Source: an uncultured Holophagales bacterium
GTDB lineage: Bacteria > Acidobacteriota > Thermoanaerobaculia > Multivoradales > UBA5704
Reading direction: 5' to 3'
NCBI GenBank assembly: GCA_963842525.1
Contig: CAWJGT010000004.1
Location: 1-64,000, forward strand
DNA length: 64,000 nt
The position numbers and the translations under genes are program-made. Of the stretch, positions 43,034 through 53,552 are shown in pieces. The notes beneath the pieces are model-generated. The model had not been told where the DNA came from. It did no database searches and saw only the letters and a list, made by a program, of their open reading frames with translations. The stretch's first letter is position 1, and every line of letters starts with the position of its first letter.

Positions 43034-43483
43034 TCAGCCTGGCGGGCTTGAAGGGAGGTCTCTCAGAGAGAGCACCGGGCCGCGGTATCCCCGTTCGGAA
43101 TGCTTCTCGAGAGCAACGATCTCGCGGAGAGCTTCCTCCATCGAGGATGGTCCGATGCGCAGAGGAACTCCCAATCGGAGGAAACGGTCCTGCAGCTCAA
43201 GGCGAGAGAGACCCAGCTCGTCGGCTGTCTTGCCAAGATTGATCTCGGTATTCAGATATCTCCGAAGCACCCAGGCGTCGCGGGAGATTTCCTCGTTGGG
43301 CTCAGACGCCCCGGTCGCGCAAGCAGCGAGAGCCTGAAGCAGCCGGAAGTCTGCAGCGTCCAGCAGCACGACCTGTTCCTCTCCCGAGCTTTCGACCACG
43401 GCCATTTCCCCATGGCGTATACGCTCCACGATCTCGCGAGCCCTGCCCTCGAGGTCCGTCTGGGAGATGACTGTTTTGATCAT
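43034..43483 (-). CDS. Phd/YefM-like antitoxin domain fused to UPF0175-like HTH
   Basis: ISQTDLEGRAREIVERIRHGEMAVVESSGEEQVVLL; YLNTEINLGKTADELGLSRLELQDRFLRLGVP. Confidence 0.7.
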   Translation of the reverse strand: MIKTVISQTDLEGRAREIVERIRHGEMAVVESSGEEQVVLLDAADFRLLQALAACATGASEPNEEISRDAWVLRRYLNTEINLGKTADELGLSRLELQDRFLRLGVPLRIGPSSMEEALREIVALEKHSERGYRGPVLSLRDLPSSPPG

Positions 43484-43603
43484 GAGTGCCGTCCGTATCC
43501 GGGATGGAATCTTACTTCCTCTCGGCCGTGCGCACAAGCCGCGCACGGACTGACGTGTCACCGGGCCCGGCGGGTCTGACCGCCGGGCTCTGCTCCGCCG
43601 GCC

Positions 43604-45373
43604 CTATGCCGCGTAGAACCCTTCGATGACGTTCGAATACTTCTCGTTGATGATCCGTCGCTTCAGCTTCATGGTCGGGGTCAGCTCGCCGCCTTCGATC
43701 GACAGCTCCTCGGGGAGGATGGCGAATTTCTTGATCGTCTCGTAGCGGGCGAGCGACTTGTTGACCTCTTCCACCTGCCGCTCGAGGTGCATGTTGAAGA
43801 TCGGACAGGCGGCGAGGTCCTTTGCGCCGCGCGCCGGGCTGCCGGCGGCCTGGGCCTCGGCCTCGATGCGCAGCGGATCGAGGGTCAGCAGCGCGGTCAG
43901 GTAGTTGCGGCGGTCGCCGATCACCACCGCCTGCGAGACCACCGGGATCTGCTTGAGCTTGGACTCCAGGATCTGCGGGCCGATGTTCTTGCCGCCGGAG
44001 GTAATGATCAGCTCCTTCTTGCGGTCGGTGATCTTGAGGAACCCATCCGCATCGATCTCGCCGACGTCGCCGGAGTGGAGCCAGCCGTCCTCGTCGATCA
44101 TCTCGCGGCTGGCCGCCTCGTTCTTGTAATAGCCGGGGAAGACGTGCGGGCCGCGCATCAGGACCTCTCCGTCCCCGGCGGTCTTGACCTCGGTGCCGCG
44201 GATCGGCGTGCCGACCTTGCCGAAACGGTACTTGTCCGGCGTGGAGAAGGTGGCCGGGCCGGTGCACTCGCTCATCCCGTACACCTCCATGATCGGGACG
44301 CCCAGGCTGGCGAAGAAGTCGAGGGTCTCGACCGAGATGGGCGCCGTCGAGGTGGAGCAGGTACCCGCCCGGTCGAGGCCCAGGCGGTCGCGCACCTTGG
44401 AGAAGACGAGCTGTTTGGCGAGCGGATAGAAGAGCGGCTTGGGACGCCCCGCCTGGTCGGCGGTGCTGGCTTCCCGGCCGACCCCCCGCGCCCAGGCGGA
44501 GATCTTCTTCTTGAGCCCGGTGTTCTGGGCCCCGGCCGCCTGGATGGCTGCCTGCATCTTTTCCCAGACCCGCGGCACGGCGAAGAAGAAGTGCGGGCGC
44601 ACCTCCCGCAGGTTCTCCCCCAGCTTCTCCAGGCTCTCGGCGAACCAACTGCAGCCGCCTACCGACATGGGGCAGTGCAGCGAGACCACCTGCTCGGCGA
44701 TGTGGGAAAGCGGCAGGTAGCTGATCAGGTCGCTCGTGGGCGTGACCGCGTACGCCTCGACCACCCGCAGAGCCGTCCAGGTGACGTTGTGATGGGTGAG
44801 CATGACGGCCTTCGGCGGCCCGGTGGTGCCCGAGGTGTAGATCAGCGTACAAAGATCTTCCGGCTTCTGGGCGTCGATCCGCTTGCGGAGCTCCTCCTCG
44901 GGGACTCGCGTGCCCATCTCGAGGAGCTGCGGCCACGAGTAGACCCCCTCGTCGCGGGATTCGCCGGTCATCAGGACGATGGCCTTGAGCTTCGGGAGCT
45001 GGCCGCGGATCTGGCGGAAGACGTCCAGGTACTTCTCGTTCTCCAGCACGGCCACCGCCGCCTCCGCGTGGCCGGCGATGTACTGGCACTGGTCGGGCGC
45101 GAGAGTGGTGTAGATGCCGGCCGGGAAGCCGCCCGCCGCGATGGCGCCGATGTCGGCCAGGAACCACTCGGGCCGGTTGAAGCCCATGATGGCCACCCCC
45201 TGCCCGGGCTCCAGGCCCAGGTGCAGGAATCCCCGGGCCACCAGATACGCCTGGTCCCGGTACTCCTTCCAGGTTGTGGTCATCCACTGGCCGTCCCGCT
45301 TCGCGCGCATTGCCGGCCGCTCGCCGTTCTCGCGGGCCGTCCTCTCCAGAACCTGCATGATCGTTTCGGGCAT
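43604..45373 (-). CDS. fadD: Long-chain fatty-acid--CoA ligase
   Basis: YTSGTTGPPK, YGMSE, GWLHSGDVG, ITDRKKELIITSGGKNI, ELTPTMKLKR. Confidence 0.92.
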   Translation of the reverse strand: MPETIMQVLERTARENGERPAMRAKRDGQWMTTTWKEYRDQAYLVARGFLHLGLEPGQGVAIMGFNRPEWFLADIGAIAAGGFPAGIYTTLAPDQCQYIAGHAEAAVAVLENEKYLDVFRQIRGQLPKLKAIVLMTGESRDEGVYSWPQLLEMGTRVPEEELRKRIDAQKPEDLCTLIYTSGTTGPPKAVMLTHHNVTWTALRVVEAYAVTPTSDLISYLPLSHIAEQVVSLHCPMSVGGCSWFAESLEKLGENLREVRPHFFFAVPRVWEKMQAAIQAAGAQNTGLKKKISAWARGVGREASTADQAGRPKPLFYPLAKQLVFSKVRDRLGLDRAGTCSTSTAPISVETLDFFASLGVPIMEVYGMSECTGPATFSTPDKYRFGKVGTPIRGTEVKTAGDGEVLMRGPHVFPGYYKNEAASREMIDEDGWLHSGDVGEIDADGFLKITDRKKELIITSGGKNIGPQILESKLKQIPVVSQAVVIGDRRNYLTALLTLDPLRIEAEAQAAGSPARGAKDLAACPIFNMHLERQVEEVNKSLARYETIKKFAILPEELSIEGGELTPTMKLKRRIINEKYSNVIEGFYAA

Positions 45374-45462
45374 GGGGCGTCTCCTCGCCAAAAGGATGGG
45401 ATCGAGACATACCCGTAACACCGGAACGGGCCGGGTGTCAACGGGCGGACACCCGGTGAGGG

Positions 45463-46212
45463 TCAGCGGATCGTGATTTCGACCCGGCAGCGCTGGACGC
45501 CGCCGGCACCGTATTCGACCGGCACGACGTAGAACCCGCTCTGCTCGGTCCGGCGGCGTACGGACGGCGTCATGCGGGGGTCGTCCTCGAACGTGATCTC
45601 GCTGACCAGCCTGGACTGGCCGTCCACGAAGACCTGGATGTGGATGTGCTCCGGCAGCGAGCTGCGCGGATAGCCTTCCGGCCGGATGGTGTCGACCTCG
45701 AACTTCCCATCGGCGCCGGTCCTCAGGTAGCCGAACAGCCGGGCGTGCCCGTGGTCGCCATTCCCGCCCGAGAAGTGCGGAGCCTTGTCGGAATACCAGC
45801 CCCTGGCGTCGGTCTGGTAGACATAGACCAGGGCGCCGGCGAGCGGCTTGCCGCCGGCCTGCCGGAGCGTACCGGTGGCCACCATGCGATCGCCGGGCTC
45901 CTTGGAGGTGACGAGCCGCACCCGGGGGCTTTTGGCGTGGCGGGCGATGAGCTCGCGGAAGGACGTGCGCTCGTGGAGCGGCAGCCAGGCGGGATCGGTC
46001 AGCACGGCCGAGACGTCGGCGGCCCCGGACCCGAGGGCCTTGTCCGCTCGTTCGAGAAGGGCCTGAACCTCCGGCGTGTCCGGCCCCGGCGGCGAGACCG
46101 AGCGCGGCTCGTCCTGCGGCTGGGCTGCGGCCATGGAGGGGACCTCGGGCCGGTCGCATCCCCAGGGGAGCGTCAGCAGGGCGAGAAGGGCGAAGAGCAC
46201 GGGTCGGCGCAT
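45463..46212 (-). CDS. Intradiol ring-cleavage dioxygenase-like lipoprotein
   Basis: Lipoprotein-like signal ending WGC; VYVYQTDARGWY, TIRPEGYP, PEHIH. Confidence 0.8.
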   Translation of the reverse strand: MRRPVLFALLALLTLPWGCDRPEVPSMAAAQPQDEPRSVSPPGPDTPEVQALLERADKALGSGAADVSAVLTDPAWLPLHERTSFRELIARHAKSPRVRLVTSKEPGDRMVATGTLRQAGGKPLAGALVYVYQTDARGWYSDKAPHFSGGNGDHGHARLFGYLRTGADGKFEVDTIRPEGYPRSSLPEHIHIQVFVDGQSRLVSEITFEDDPRMTPSVRRRTEQSGFYVVPVEYGAGGVQRCRVEITIR

Positions 46213-46433
46213 GGGCGGTTCCTCCGGAAAAATCCACACAGAGCTTACCGGCCCTGAGCTGCCTTTGTGCTGCCGGGACGCTTCGTTTTACATCGTTTTA
46301 CGCGGGGTAGAAGAAAACCCGGCGACGAATCGCCGGGTCGATGAGTTGCATCACATGGGACCGCCGGGCCCGGCCCCCCTCCCCCCGGGGAGCGGAGTTG
46401 GGTGGGGAGAGGGGACCGGGTTCCGGAGGTTTC

Positions 46434-49400
46434 TCATTCCTTGGACCAGACAGGCACCCGGCCGGGCGTCCACGGGGAGCCGGCCGACTCCATGCGCTGC
46501 TCGAGGCTCCGCAGGTCGACTTCGACGATCCGCCGCAGGTCCTCGAGGAGGGGCTCGAACTCGCCGGCGGCGATCTCGTAGGCGTCCAGGCTGGTGCGGG
46601 TGGGCGCCGCGGTTGCAGACCAGTGGCTGCCCACGATGAAGCCGATGCGGTCGAGGATCGCGGGCGGCGTCGGCTCGTTGCGGGCGCTCAGCACGCCGTC
46701 TCCCGCGAGGACGAGGCCCACGTCCCGCAGCCGGGCTTCGAGCGACCTCGCCTCGTCGCCCAGTCGGGGATCGGCCCCCGGGGTGTCGAGGAGCGCCTGC
46801 TTCAGGTGCGCGATCCGGCCCTGCGCCTCGCCCAGGGTCGCCATGGCTCCGTAGACGGCGCGCTGCAGGCGGGCGCTCTTGCGTACGAAGTCCTGGAGCG
46901 CCGCGCGGTCGGAGGCCGCCAGGGCCGTCTCGCCGAGCGGTGTCACCTCGAAGGCCTGGGGCTCACCGAGCGGCGTCTCCTTGCCATCCACCCGCAGCGC
47001 CAGGGAGACGCGATAGGTGCCGGGCGCGGCCAGCGGGCCCTGCGGGATGTAGACGTAGGGATTGTCAGGCGTCGGCGGCGTCAGGTCGGTCGGGTCCGCG
47101 GGCGGCCAGCGCAAGTCCCAGGCGATCCGGTGGAGGCCGGCCGTGGCCGGCGCGGTCAGCCGCCGGAGGACGCTGCCCCCGTCGTCCGCGATGGTGAAGA
47201 GCAGGACCGGCTCCTCCTCCGCGGCCTCGGCCCGCAGGTCGGCCGGGATGGGATAGGACAGAGTCCCGCCGGCCTTCTCGACCTCTTTCTCGCGCTCCTG
47301 CCGCGCCTTGCGCCGGGTCTTGACCCCGTCCTTCAGATACCCGGTGAAGACGGCGCCGAAGGGCGGGTTGGGTGCGGCGAAGAACGAATCCCCCTGGAAC
47401 GACTTGTCGCGGTAGCCGAGCGGCGACGCGGGGCTATACGCCTTGGCCGGCTCGACCGGGAAGAGGAAGCCGTCGCTCGCCAGCCGTTCGGCAGCGCCGT
47501 GCCGCAGCGGCGTGTAGTCGTCCAGGATCCAGATCCCGCGGCCGAAGGTGCCCACCACCAAGTCGTTCTCGCGCTTCTGGATGGCGAGGTCGCGCACCTG
47601 GATCGTGGGCAGGCCTCCTTGGAGCCGCACCCATCGACGGCCGTTGTCGCGGGTGAAGAACAGCCCGAATTCCGTGCCCGCGAAGAGCAGGCCGGGGTCG
47701 ACGTGATCCTCTGCCACGGCGTACACGGTGCCGCGCTCGGGCAGGTCGCCGGCGATTGACACCCAGGTCCGGCCGCGGTCGCTGCTCTTGAGCAGATAGG
47801 GCCGGAAGTCCCCCATCTTGTGGTTGTCGAAGGCGGCATAGACCGTCGCGGCGTCGTGCTGCGAGGCGAGGAGCCGACTGACGTAGGTCTGCTCGGGCAC
47901 GCCGGGGATGCGCTCGATGCGGCGCCAGCTTGTGCCGCCGTCCTCGCTCACCTGGACCAGGCCGTCATCGGTGCCGGCATAGAGGAGCCCCGCGGCCCGC
48001 GGCGACTCGTCCAGGGCGACGATGTTGCCGTAGAAGGAGGTCCCGGTGTGCTTGGCCACTGCGTCGACGGACCAGATCTTTCCCATGACCGGCAGCCGGT
48101 TGCGGTCGAGCAGCCGGGTCAGGTCGCCGCTCACCGCCTGCCAGCCCTGGCCGCGGTCGTCGCTGCGGAAGACCCGGTTGGAAGCGAACCAGAGGCGCGC
48201 CGGATCGTGCGGGCTGACGATCAGCGGCGAGTCCCAGTTCCAACGCAGCGGCGGCTCGCCCCGGCCCTCCTGCGGCTGGATGAACACCACCTCGCCGCTC
48301 TTGCGGTCGAAGCGTCGAAGGGAGCCGTACTGGGCCTGCGAGTAGACAATGTCCGGGTTCTCGGGATCGACCCGCGGCTGGAAGCCGTCGCCGGTGCCGA
48401 GCACCTCCCAATCGCGGTTCGTGACGCCATGGATGCTCGCCGTCTGCGAGGGGCCGCCGATCGTGAAGTTGTCCTGGGTGCCGCCGTAGATCCGATAGAA
48501 AGGGAGCGAGTCGTCCAGGGCGATTTTGTAATACTGGACCGTGGGCATATTGGGCTTGAAGTCCCAGGTCGCGCCGCGGTCGAAGCTCTCGTACAGGCCG
48601 CCGTCGCAGCCCACCAGGTAGTGCCGGGTGTCCTGCGGATCGACCCAGATCGCGTGGTTGTCCACGTGCTTGGAGCTCTCGCCGAGATCGTGGAAGCTCC
48701 GGCCGCCGTCTTCGCTGACCTGGAGGAAGACGTCCATGGAGTAGATCCGGTCGGCGTCCTTGGGATCGACCGAGATCTCGCCGTAGTACTGCGAGCCATC
48801 GGGGACGTACGAGCTGCGCTTCTCCCAGGTGGCACCGCGATTGGTGGAGCGGAAGAAGCCGCCGGCTCCGCGCGCCGCCTCGATCACGGCATAGACCGTG
48901 TCCGGCGCCGAGGGAGCCACGGCAAGGCCGATCCGGCCGATCTCCTCGGACGGGAGGCCGGAAGTGAGCTTCTTCCAGGTCGCCCCGCCGTCGGTCGACT
49001 TGTAGAGCGCCGACTCCGGCCCGCCGTCGATCAGGGTCCAGACATGCCGCCGGCGCTGCCAGGCCGCGGCATAGAGGACGTCGGGATCGCGCGGGTCGAA
49101 GGCGACGTCGGTGACGCCGGTGTTCTCGCTGATCGCGAGCGCCTGCTTCCACGTCTTGCCGCCGTCCGTGCTCTTGTAGAGCCCGCGGTCGCCGCCGGCG
49201 CTCCAGAGCGGTCCCTGGGCAGCTACCCAGACGACGCGCGAGTCGCGCGGATCGATGAGGATCCTGCCGATGTGCTCGGACTTTTCGAGCCCCATGCGGG
49301 TCCACGACCTGCCGCCGTCCTCGGACCGGTAGACGCCGTCCCCGTACGAGACGCTCCGCTGGGCATTGTTCTCGCCGGTGCCGGCCCAGACCACCGCGGG

Positions 49401-49751
49401 GTTGTGAGGATCGATCGCAAGGCACCCGATCGAATAGGACCCCTCGCCGTCGAACACCGGCGTCCAGGTGGTCCCCGCATTGGTCGTCTTCCAGATGCCG
49501 CCCGAGGCGACGGCGGCATACCAGACAGAGCGGTCGGTCGGGTCGACCGCGATGTCGGAGATCCGGCCGCCTGTGAAGGCCGGCCCGATCGAGCGCAACG
49601 ACAACCCGGCCCAGACGGCGGCCGGGTCTTTTTCCTTGTCCTTGACGGAGTCTTCTTTCTTTGCAGGCGCACCCACCGCCGGCCCGGCAAGAGCCGCCAG
49701 GATCAGCAGGGCCGGAAGGATGGGGCGCCGTCGTGAGGCCGTCTCTCGCAT
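46434..49751 (-). CDS. Secreted BNR/VPS10-repeat glycosyl-hydrolase-like protein
   Basis: Signal peptide; RSIGPAFTGGRISDI; many SxDGGxTW Asp-box repeats. Confidence 0.9.
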   Translation of the reverse strand: MRETASRRRPILPALLILAALAGPAVGAPAKKEDSVKDKEKDPAAVWAGLSLRSIGPAFTGGRISDIAVDPTDRSVWYAAVASGGIWKTTNAGTTWTPVFDGEGSYSIGCLAIDPHNPAVVWAGTGENNAQRSVSYGDGVYRSEDGGRSWTRMGLEKSEHIGRILIDPRDSRVVWVAAQGPLWSAGGDRGLYKSTDGGKTWKQALAISENTGVTDVAFDPRDPDVLYAAAWQRRRHVWTLIDGGPESALYKSTDGGATWKKLTSGLPSEEIGRIGLAVAPSAPDTVYAVIEAARGAGGFFRSTNRGATWEKRSSYVPDGSQYYGEISVDPKDADRIYSMDVFLQVSEDGGRSFHDLGESSKHVDNHAIWVDPQDTRHYLVGCDGGLYESFDRGATWDFKPNMPTVQYYKIALDDSLPFYRIYGGTQDNFTIGGPSQTASIHGVTNRDWEVLGTGDGFQPRVDPENPDIVYSQAQYGSLRRFDRKSGEVVFIQPQEGRGEPPLRWNWDSPLIVSPHDPARLWFASNRVFRSDDRGQGWQAVSGDLTRLLDRNRLPVMGKIWSVDAVAKHTGTSFYGNIVALDESPRAAGLLYAGTDDGLVQVSEDGGTSWRRIERIPGVPEQTYVSRLLASQHDAATVYAAFDNHKMGDFRPYLLKSSDRGRTWVSIAGDLPERGTVYAVAEDHVDPGLLFAGTEFGLFFTRDNGRRWVRLQGGLPTIQVRDLAIQKRENDLVVGTFGRGIWILDDYTPLRHGAAERLASDGFLFPVEPAKAYSPASPLGYRDKSFQGDSFFAAPNPPFGAVFTGYLKDGVKTRRKARQEREKEVEKAGGTLSYPIPADLRAEAAEEEPVLLFTIADDGGSVLRRLTAPATAGLHRIAWDLRWPPADPTDLTPPTPDNPYVYIPQGPLAAPGTYRVSLALRVDGKETPLGEPQAFEVTPLGETALAASDRAALQDFVRKSARLQRAVYGAMATLGEAQGRIAHLKQALLDTPGADPRLGDEARSLEARLRDVGLVLAGDGVLSARNEPTPPAILDRIGFIVGSHWSATAAPTRTSLDAYEIAAGEFEPLLEDLRRIVEVDLRSLEQRMESAGSPWTPGRVPVWSKE

Positions 49752-49945
49752 GACCCCGTTATAGCCGGGGCGGGGCGGGGGGCGCTTCCAGGATCTTGCT
49801 CGTTTGACGGGAAACCGGGTGACCCTCCCTGGAAACCCGTAGGAGAGCCTGAAGAAAGGCGACGGTGCTCGGCTCGAAGCTTGCAAGGGCGGCGCTCGAC
49901 GGTTTGAGGTGTCTCACCGTGCCGCTTGAGAAGATCACCAACTCC

Positions 49946-51120
49946 ATGCGTCTCGTGCCGGTCGACGGGGGGAGAGGCGTGTGGTCGCCCGCCGCGCCCT
50001 CCTCTGGCTCATTGCGGTAGCCTCGCGGTCATCGCGATCGCCAGCGCGGCGCTGCTCTGGCTGCGCATCGCGGGGCCGCGCCCAGTGGACGAGGCAGACG
50101 AGGAGATGGCCGAGACCAGCCCCGAGTCACCGCTCACCGAGCTGGCCACCGCCGTCGGCTTCGACGAGGACGACTGCGGACTGGACATCCTCTACGCCGT
50201 CACCGGCGGCATCACCGGCAACGCCGAGGGTAAGAGCCCCGTCGAGAGCCCGCGCGCGCCGTTCTCGCTCAAGTTCAAAGACGAGGTGAGCCCCTACAGT
50301 CTGATGTCGAGTTTCGTGCCTGCCAGGCGAGCAGGTCGAGGTCGAGGCCGTCTTCACGGATCAGCCGACCCAGCTCGAAGCCTCGGTCGAGGAGGGTGAG
50401 CTGGTGACCCTGGGACCGGACCGATGGCGCTGGACGGCGCCACAGGAGCCCGGCGTGCACTGTCTGGCCGTGCGCGAGGTGGCCTCGCGGCACAGCACCT
50501 GCCTCAACATGTTCGTGATGGTGCCTTACCAGGGAGAAGAGGAGATCAATGGCTACCGCATCGGCCACTACCAACGCACGCCGCTCAGGGGGCAGCCGGC
50601 GTACGCGATGCCCCGCGGGCTGATCGAGGTGACGAGGACGAATCTCGGTACCTGGGTCTCGCCCCACTTCCGGCTGGCGCAATTCATCGGCAAGCAGGAA
50701 AGCGGCTACCCCAAGTATCTCGTCCTGCGCACACGGCTGCTCCTCAAGCTGGAGGCGGCCCTCGAGGAGCTGCGCGAGCGCGGCGTCGCGTCCGACACCC
50801 TCTTCGTGATGAGCGGCTACCGCACGCCCTTCTACAACGCCTCCATCGGCAACCGCACCAAGTACAGCCGCCACTCCTATGGCGACGCCGCCGACGTTTT
50901 CGTCGACCGCGACAACGACGGACGCATGGACGACATCACCGGCGACGGCAAGTCCAACCTCAGCGACGCCCTGCTCATCTACGGCATGGTCGACGAGCTG
51001 TCGAAGGACACCTGGTTTCAGCCGTTCGAGGGCGGCCTCGGTATCTACCCCCCGAATCCGCGCTTCGGACCCATGGTGCACATGGATACGCGGGGGGAGA
51101 AGACGAGATGGAAGGGGTAG
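49946..51120 (+). CDS. Peptidase M15-family (D-Ala-D-Ala carboxypeptidase-like) protein, frameshifted near 50320; start uncertain
   Basis: MSGYRTPFYN, SRHSYGDAAD, GGLGIY, VHMDTRG; N-terminal TM segment in the upstream frame. Confidence 0.8.
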
Positions 51121-51244
51121 GAAGGTTCAAGCCCACTGATAGAGGTGCCAGCCGAACAGCTTTGGATCGTGGCCTGCGGGCCGCAGGTGGACAGGTCGCG
51201 GCCGACGCGGCGCGCTAGGCCGCGGGCGTGTGGGGCCCCTTGCC

Positions 51245-52294
51245 CTATGGGAGCGCCGGCATACCTTGCCAAGGCTGGGAGATCGGAGAAAGCGCGTTGA
51301 CCTCACGCACCCGCTCCTCCCAGGAGTCTTTCACCTTGTGGGTGCCGTTGCCTCCTCCGTATTTTCCGATGATCCAAACCGCTTCGGGCGGCAGGCCCGC
51401 TCCGAGGTACGCCCAGATGTCTGTCCTCGCATTGCCATACGCGACATCCAGGAGGAAGCCGTCATCGACCAGCTTCTTGAGAAATTTGAGCTTGAAAGCG
51501 CCCACTCCCTTCTGCTTGGGGACCGCTTCCTCGTTGGAGTCCGTCACGTGGAGAACCCCTGGAGCGAAGCCCAGGGGCCCCTCCAGCCAACTGCGCGTCG
51601 TGTTCGCGAGCCAGTAGGGCCGGCCCGTCAAATACACGTTCACATATCCGCGGGCCGCCTGTGCCATGGTCAACCGAGCGGCGCCAGGGTACGCCTTGGG
51701 GACATACTCCCTGTGGAGGAGCGGGGAAAAAAGATCGGCCTTGACATTCTTGATGATTTCTTCGTCGCTCGTCGTCAACGTGCCATCGATATCAAATATG
51801 GTAAGGCGCGTCGCTCGTGGCAGGACCCACAGCCTGGCCTCCGCGGCACTTGCATCTCCTCCAACAACCAACCGTACGTCATACACGCCGATGCTCAGCG
51901 GTGACGCGATGGTGAACCGGACGCGTCCATCATCGTTGGTTCGCTCCTCCCCCAGCGAAATCCAGCCCCCGGCAGTGTCCAGGAAACCGAGGACCGGCTC
52001 GTCTTCGAGATCTTTGGAGGAACCGCCGTAAGTGAATTTCCCTTCGATGGTGATCGGTCTCCCATCATCAGGCACCAGGAGGTCCTGGGCCGAGTGGCTA
52101 GGAGCTCCCGACCGCGCGACCACGCGATTGTGATGGTGCCTCCATGGCCGGACTGTCTGCGGGACAGGCTCGTGAAATGTGCACGACTGGAGCGCCTCAA
52201 CTGTACACGGAGGTAAGAGAGGGGAAACCGCATCTGCTGCGGCACTACAACAGGCTACAAGAAGAACAAACAGCCCAGGCACAGTACGACGCAT
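51245..52294 (-). CDS. Secreted LNS2/Nir2-like HAD-family protein
   Basis: GGAGG SD; signal peptide; IFDIDGTLT, YLTGRP, AYGNARTDIWAY. Confidence 0.85.
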   Translation of the reverse strand: MRRTVPGLFVLLVACCSAAADAVSPLLPPCTVEALQSCTFHEPVPQTVRPWRHHHNRVVARSGAPSHSAQDLLVPDDGRPITIEGKFTYGGSSKDLEDEPVLGFLDTAGGWISLGEERTNDDGRVRFTIASPLSIGVYDVRLVVGGDASAAEARLWVLPRATRLTIFDIDGTLTTSDEEIIKNVKADLFSPLLHREYVPKAYPGAARLTMAQAARGYVNVYLTGRPYWLANTTRSWLEGPLGFAPGVLHVTDSNEEAVPKQKGVGAFKLKFLKKLVDDGFLLDVAYGNARTDIWAYLGAGLPPEAVWIIGKYGGGNGTHKVKDSWEERVREVNALSPISQPWQGMPALP

Positions 52295-52661
52295 GTTTCC
52301 TCCCTTCGCCGCGCTCGTCAGCCTCCCGGCAACAGGGAACGCACGATCCCCGAGCCCTGCCCAGGGGCCTCTGCTTCGGCCGTATGATACGTTGTGGTCA
52401 CAGGGAGAACCAGGTCCTCCTTTCAGCGACTGGGCTGGGCTGAACGACGGCCGGCGCTGCCGAGGCCGTGCGCCACACGCCGGTGGAGAGCGATGTTTCG
52501 ATCTCGGTCCAAATGCGGCCGCAACAGCTTCTGATCCGCGCACGCGACAGCGGCTCCCGGAAGCCTGACCCCGGCGACCGTGGCTCCGCCGGGGCGCTGT
52601 CATGGCCCCGCGGGGCGCCTCGGTGGACCCGCGGGGCCACAGTATGGCGGGCACCGGACCC

Positions 52662-52860
52662 GATTTACGGTGAAACGGCCCTCATCGCGGCGATCCGCCG
52701 CGGTTCGTCATGATCTCGGCCCGATTCGCCGTGACGCGAAGCCGTTTCCCGCGAATCGGCCCTCGTTCGTCATGAATCGGCCGCGTTAGCGGCGATCTCG
52801 TCTCGTTCACGGCGAACTCGATCCCGTTCACGGCGAATCACGACCTGTTCACCACGATCC
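52662..52860. repeat. Imperfect ~21-bp tandem repeat tract
   Basis: Units such as CACGGCGAACTCGATCCCGTT / CACGGCGAATCACGACCTGTT, roughly nine degenerate copies. Confidence 0.6.
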
Positions 52861-52861
52861 G

Positions 52862-52975
52862 CCCTGGTCGCGCCGGCGCCAGCGAGTCCGCCAGCCGCTG
52901 CTCCATCGACAGGACGTCGTAGAGCGGCACGTCGGGATCGAAGCCGGCGATGACCCGCCGCAGCGGTGGGAGAAG
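52862..52975 (-). pseudogene. Fragment of an ABC (FtsX/ADOP-type) permease
   Basis: Minus strand reads LRRVIAGFDPDVPLYDVLSMEQRLADSLAPAR with no surrounding gene. Confidence 0.55.
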
Positions 52976-53256
52976 GGGATTCTCTGCTGCCAGTCCACGC
53001 GGATCAGCGGGAGAGAGGGTCTAGGGCCTGGCGGAGCGTCCCGCGAGCCCTGGCGCGGAAGGGGACCGCGATCGAGGAGGGAACGAGAACCCGACTCAAG
53101 ACAGGGGCCCTCCCTTTGCCATAACCCCAAGCTATGGGCAGTGGGTCAATCCAGAACGCTAGATCTGGTATACTTGGTTCAGTTATACGGGGCCGGTTTT
53201 GCGCGATGGGCACCCTTTTAGTTGGCTCTACTCTAGTGCGGGAAGGAGGTGAGATC

Positions 53257-53382
53257 ATGGGGACCAAGAAGATCACTCGGAGCGCAGTCAGCGGAAAGTT
53301 TGTCAAGCCGTCAGCCGCGAAAAGCCATCCGAAGACGACTGTGACTGAGACGGTCAAGACGCCGCCTAAGAAGAAGAAGTAA
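53257..53382 (+). CDS. 41-aa basic small protein
   Basis: Strong SD AAGGAGGT; MGTKKITRSAVSGKFVKPSAAKSHPKTTVTETVKTPPKKKK. Confidence 0.75.
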   Translation: MGTKKITRSAVSGKFVKPSAAKSHPKTTVTETVKTPPKKKK

Positions 53383-53552
53383 CCAGGGCGCCTACCGAAG
53401 CCGCGCCCCCGGCTCTAACCGCGACTCCGAGCACGCAGTCGCTGCATCACTCACCCGCGCTGTTCCTAGCCCGGGCATTCATGCCCGGGCTTCGAGTCAT
53501 CGCGGGGAAAGGCGGTGCAACTCCCTGCCGAATTTGCCGTAGTTCTTCAGAG

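Noticed and set aside
45374-46237. N-terminal extension of the acyl-CoA ligase (877-aa ORF)
   Set aside because: Overlaps the dioxygenase-like gene in another frame; ligase homology starts at MPETIMQ (45373)
53257-53382. Precursor peptide for the halogenase
   Set aside because: No Trp or Tyr, no leader-like motif, and separated from the halogenase by AraC and the TBDR; cannot be fully excluded
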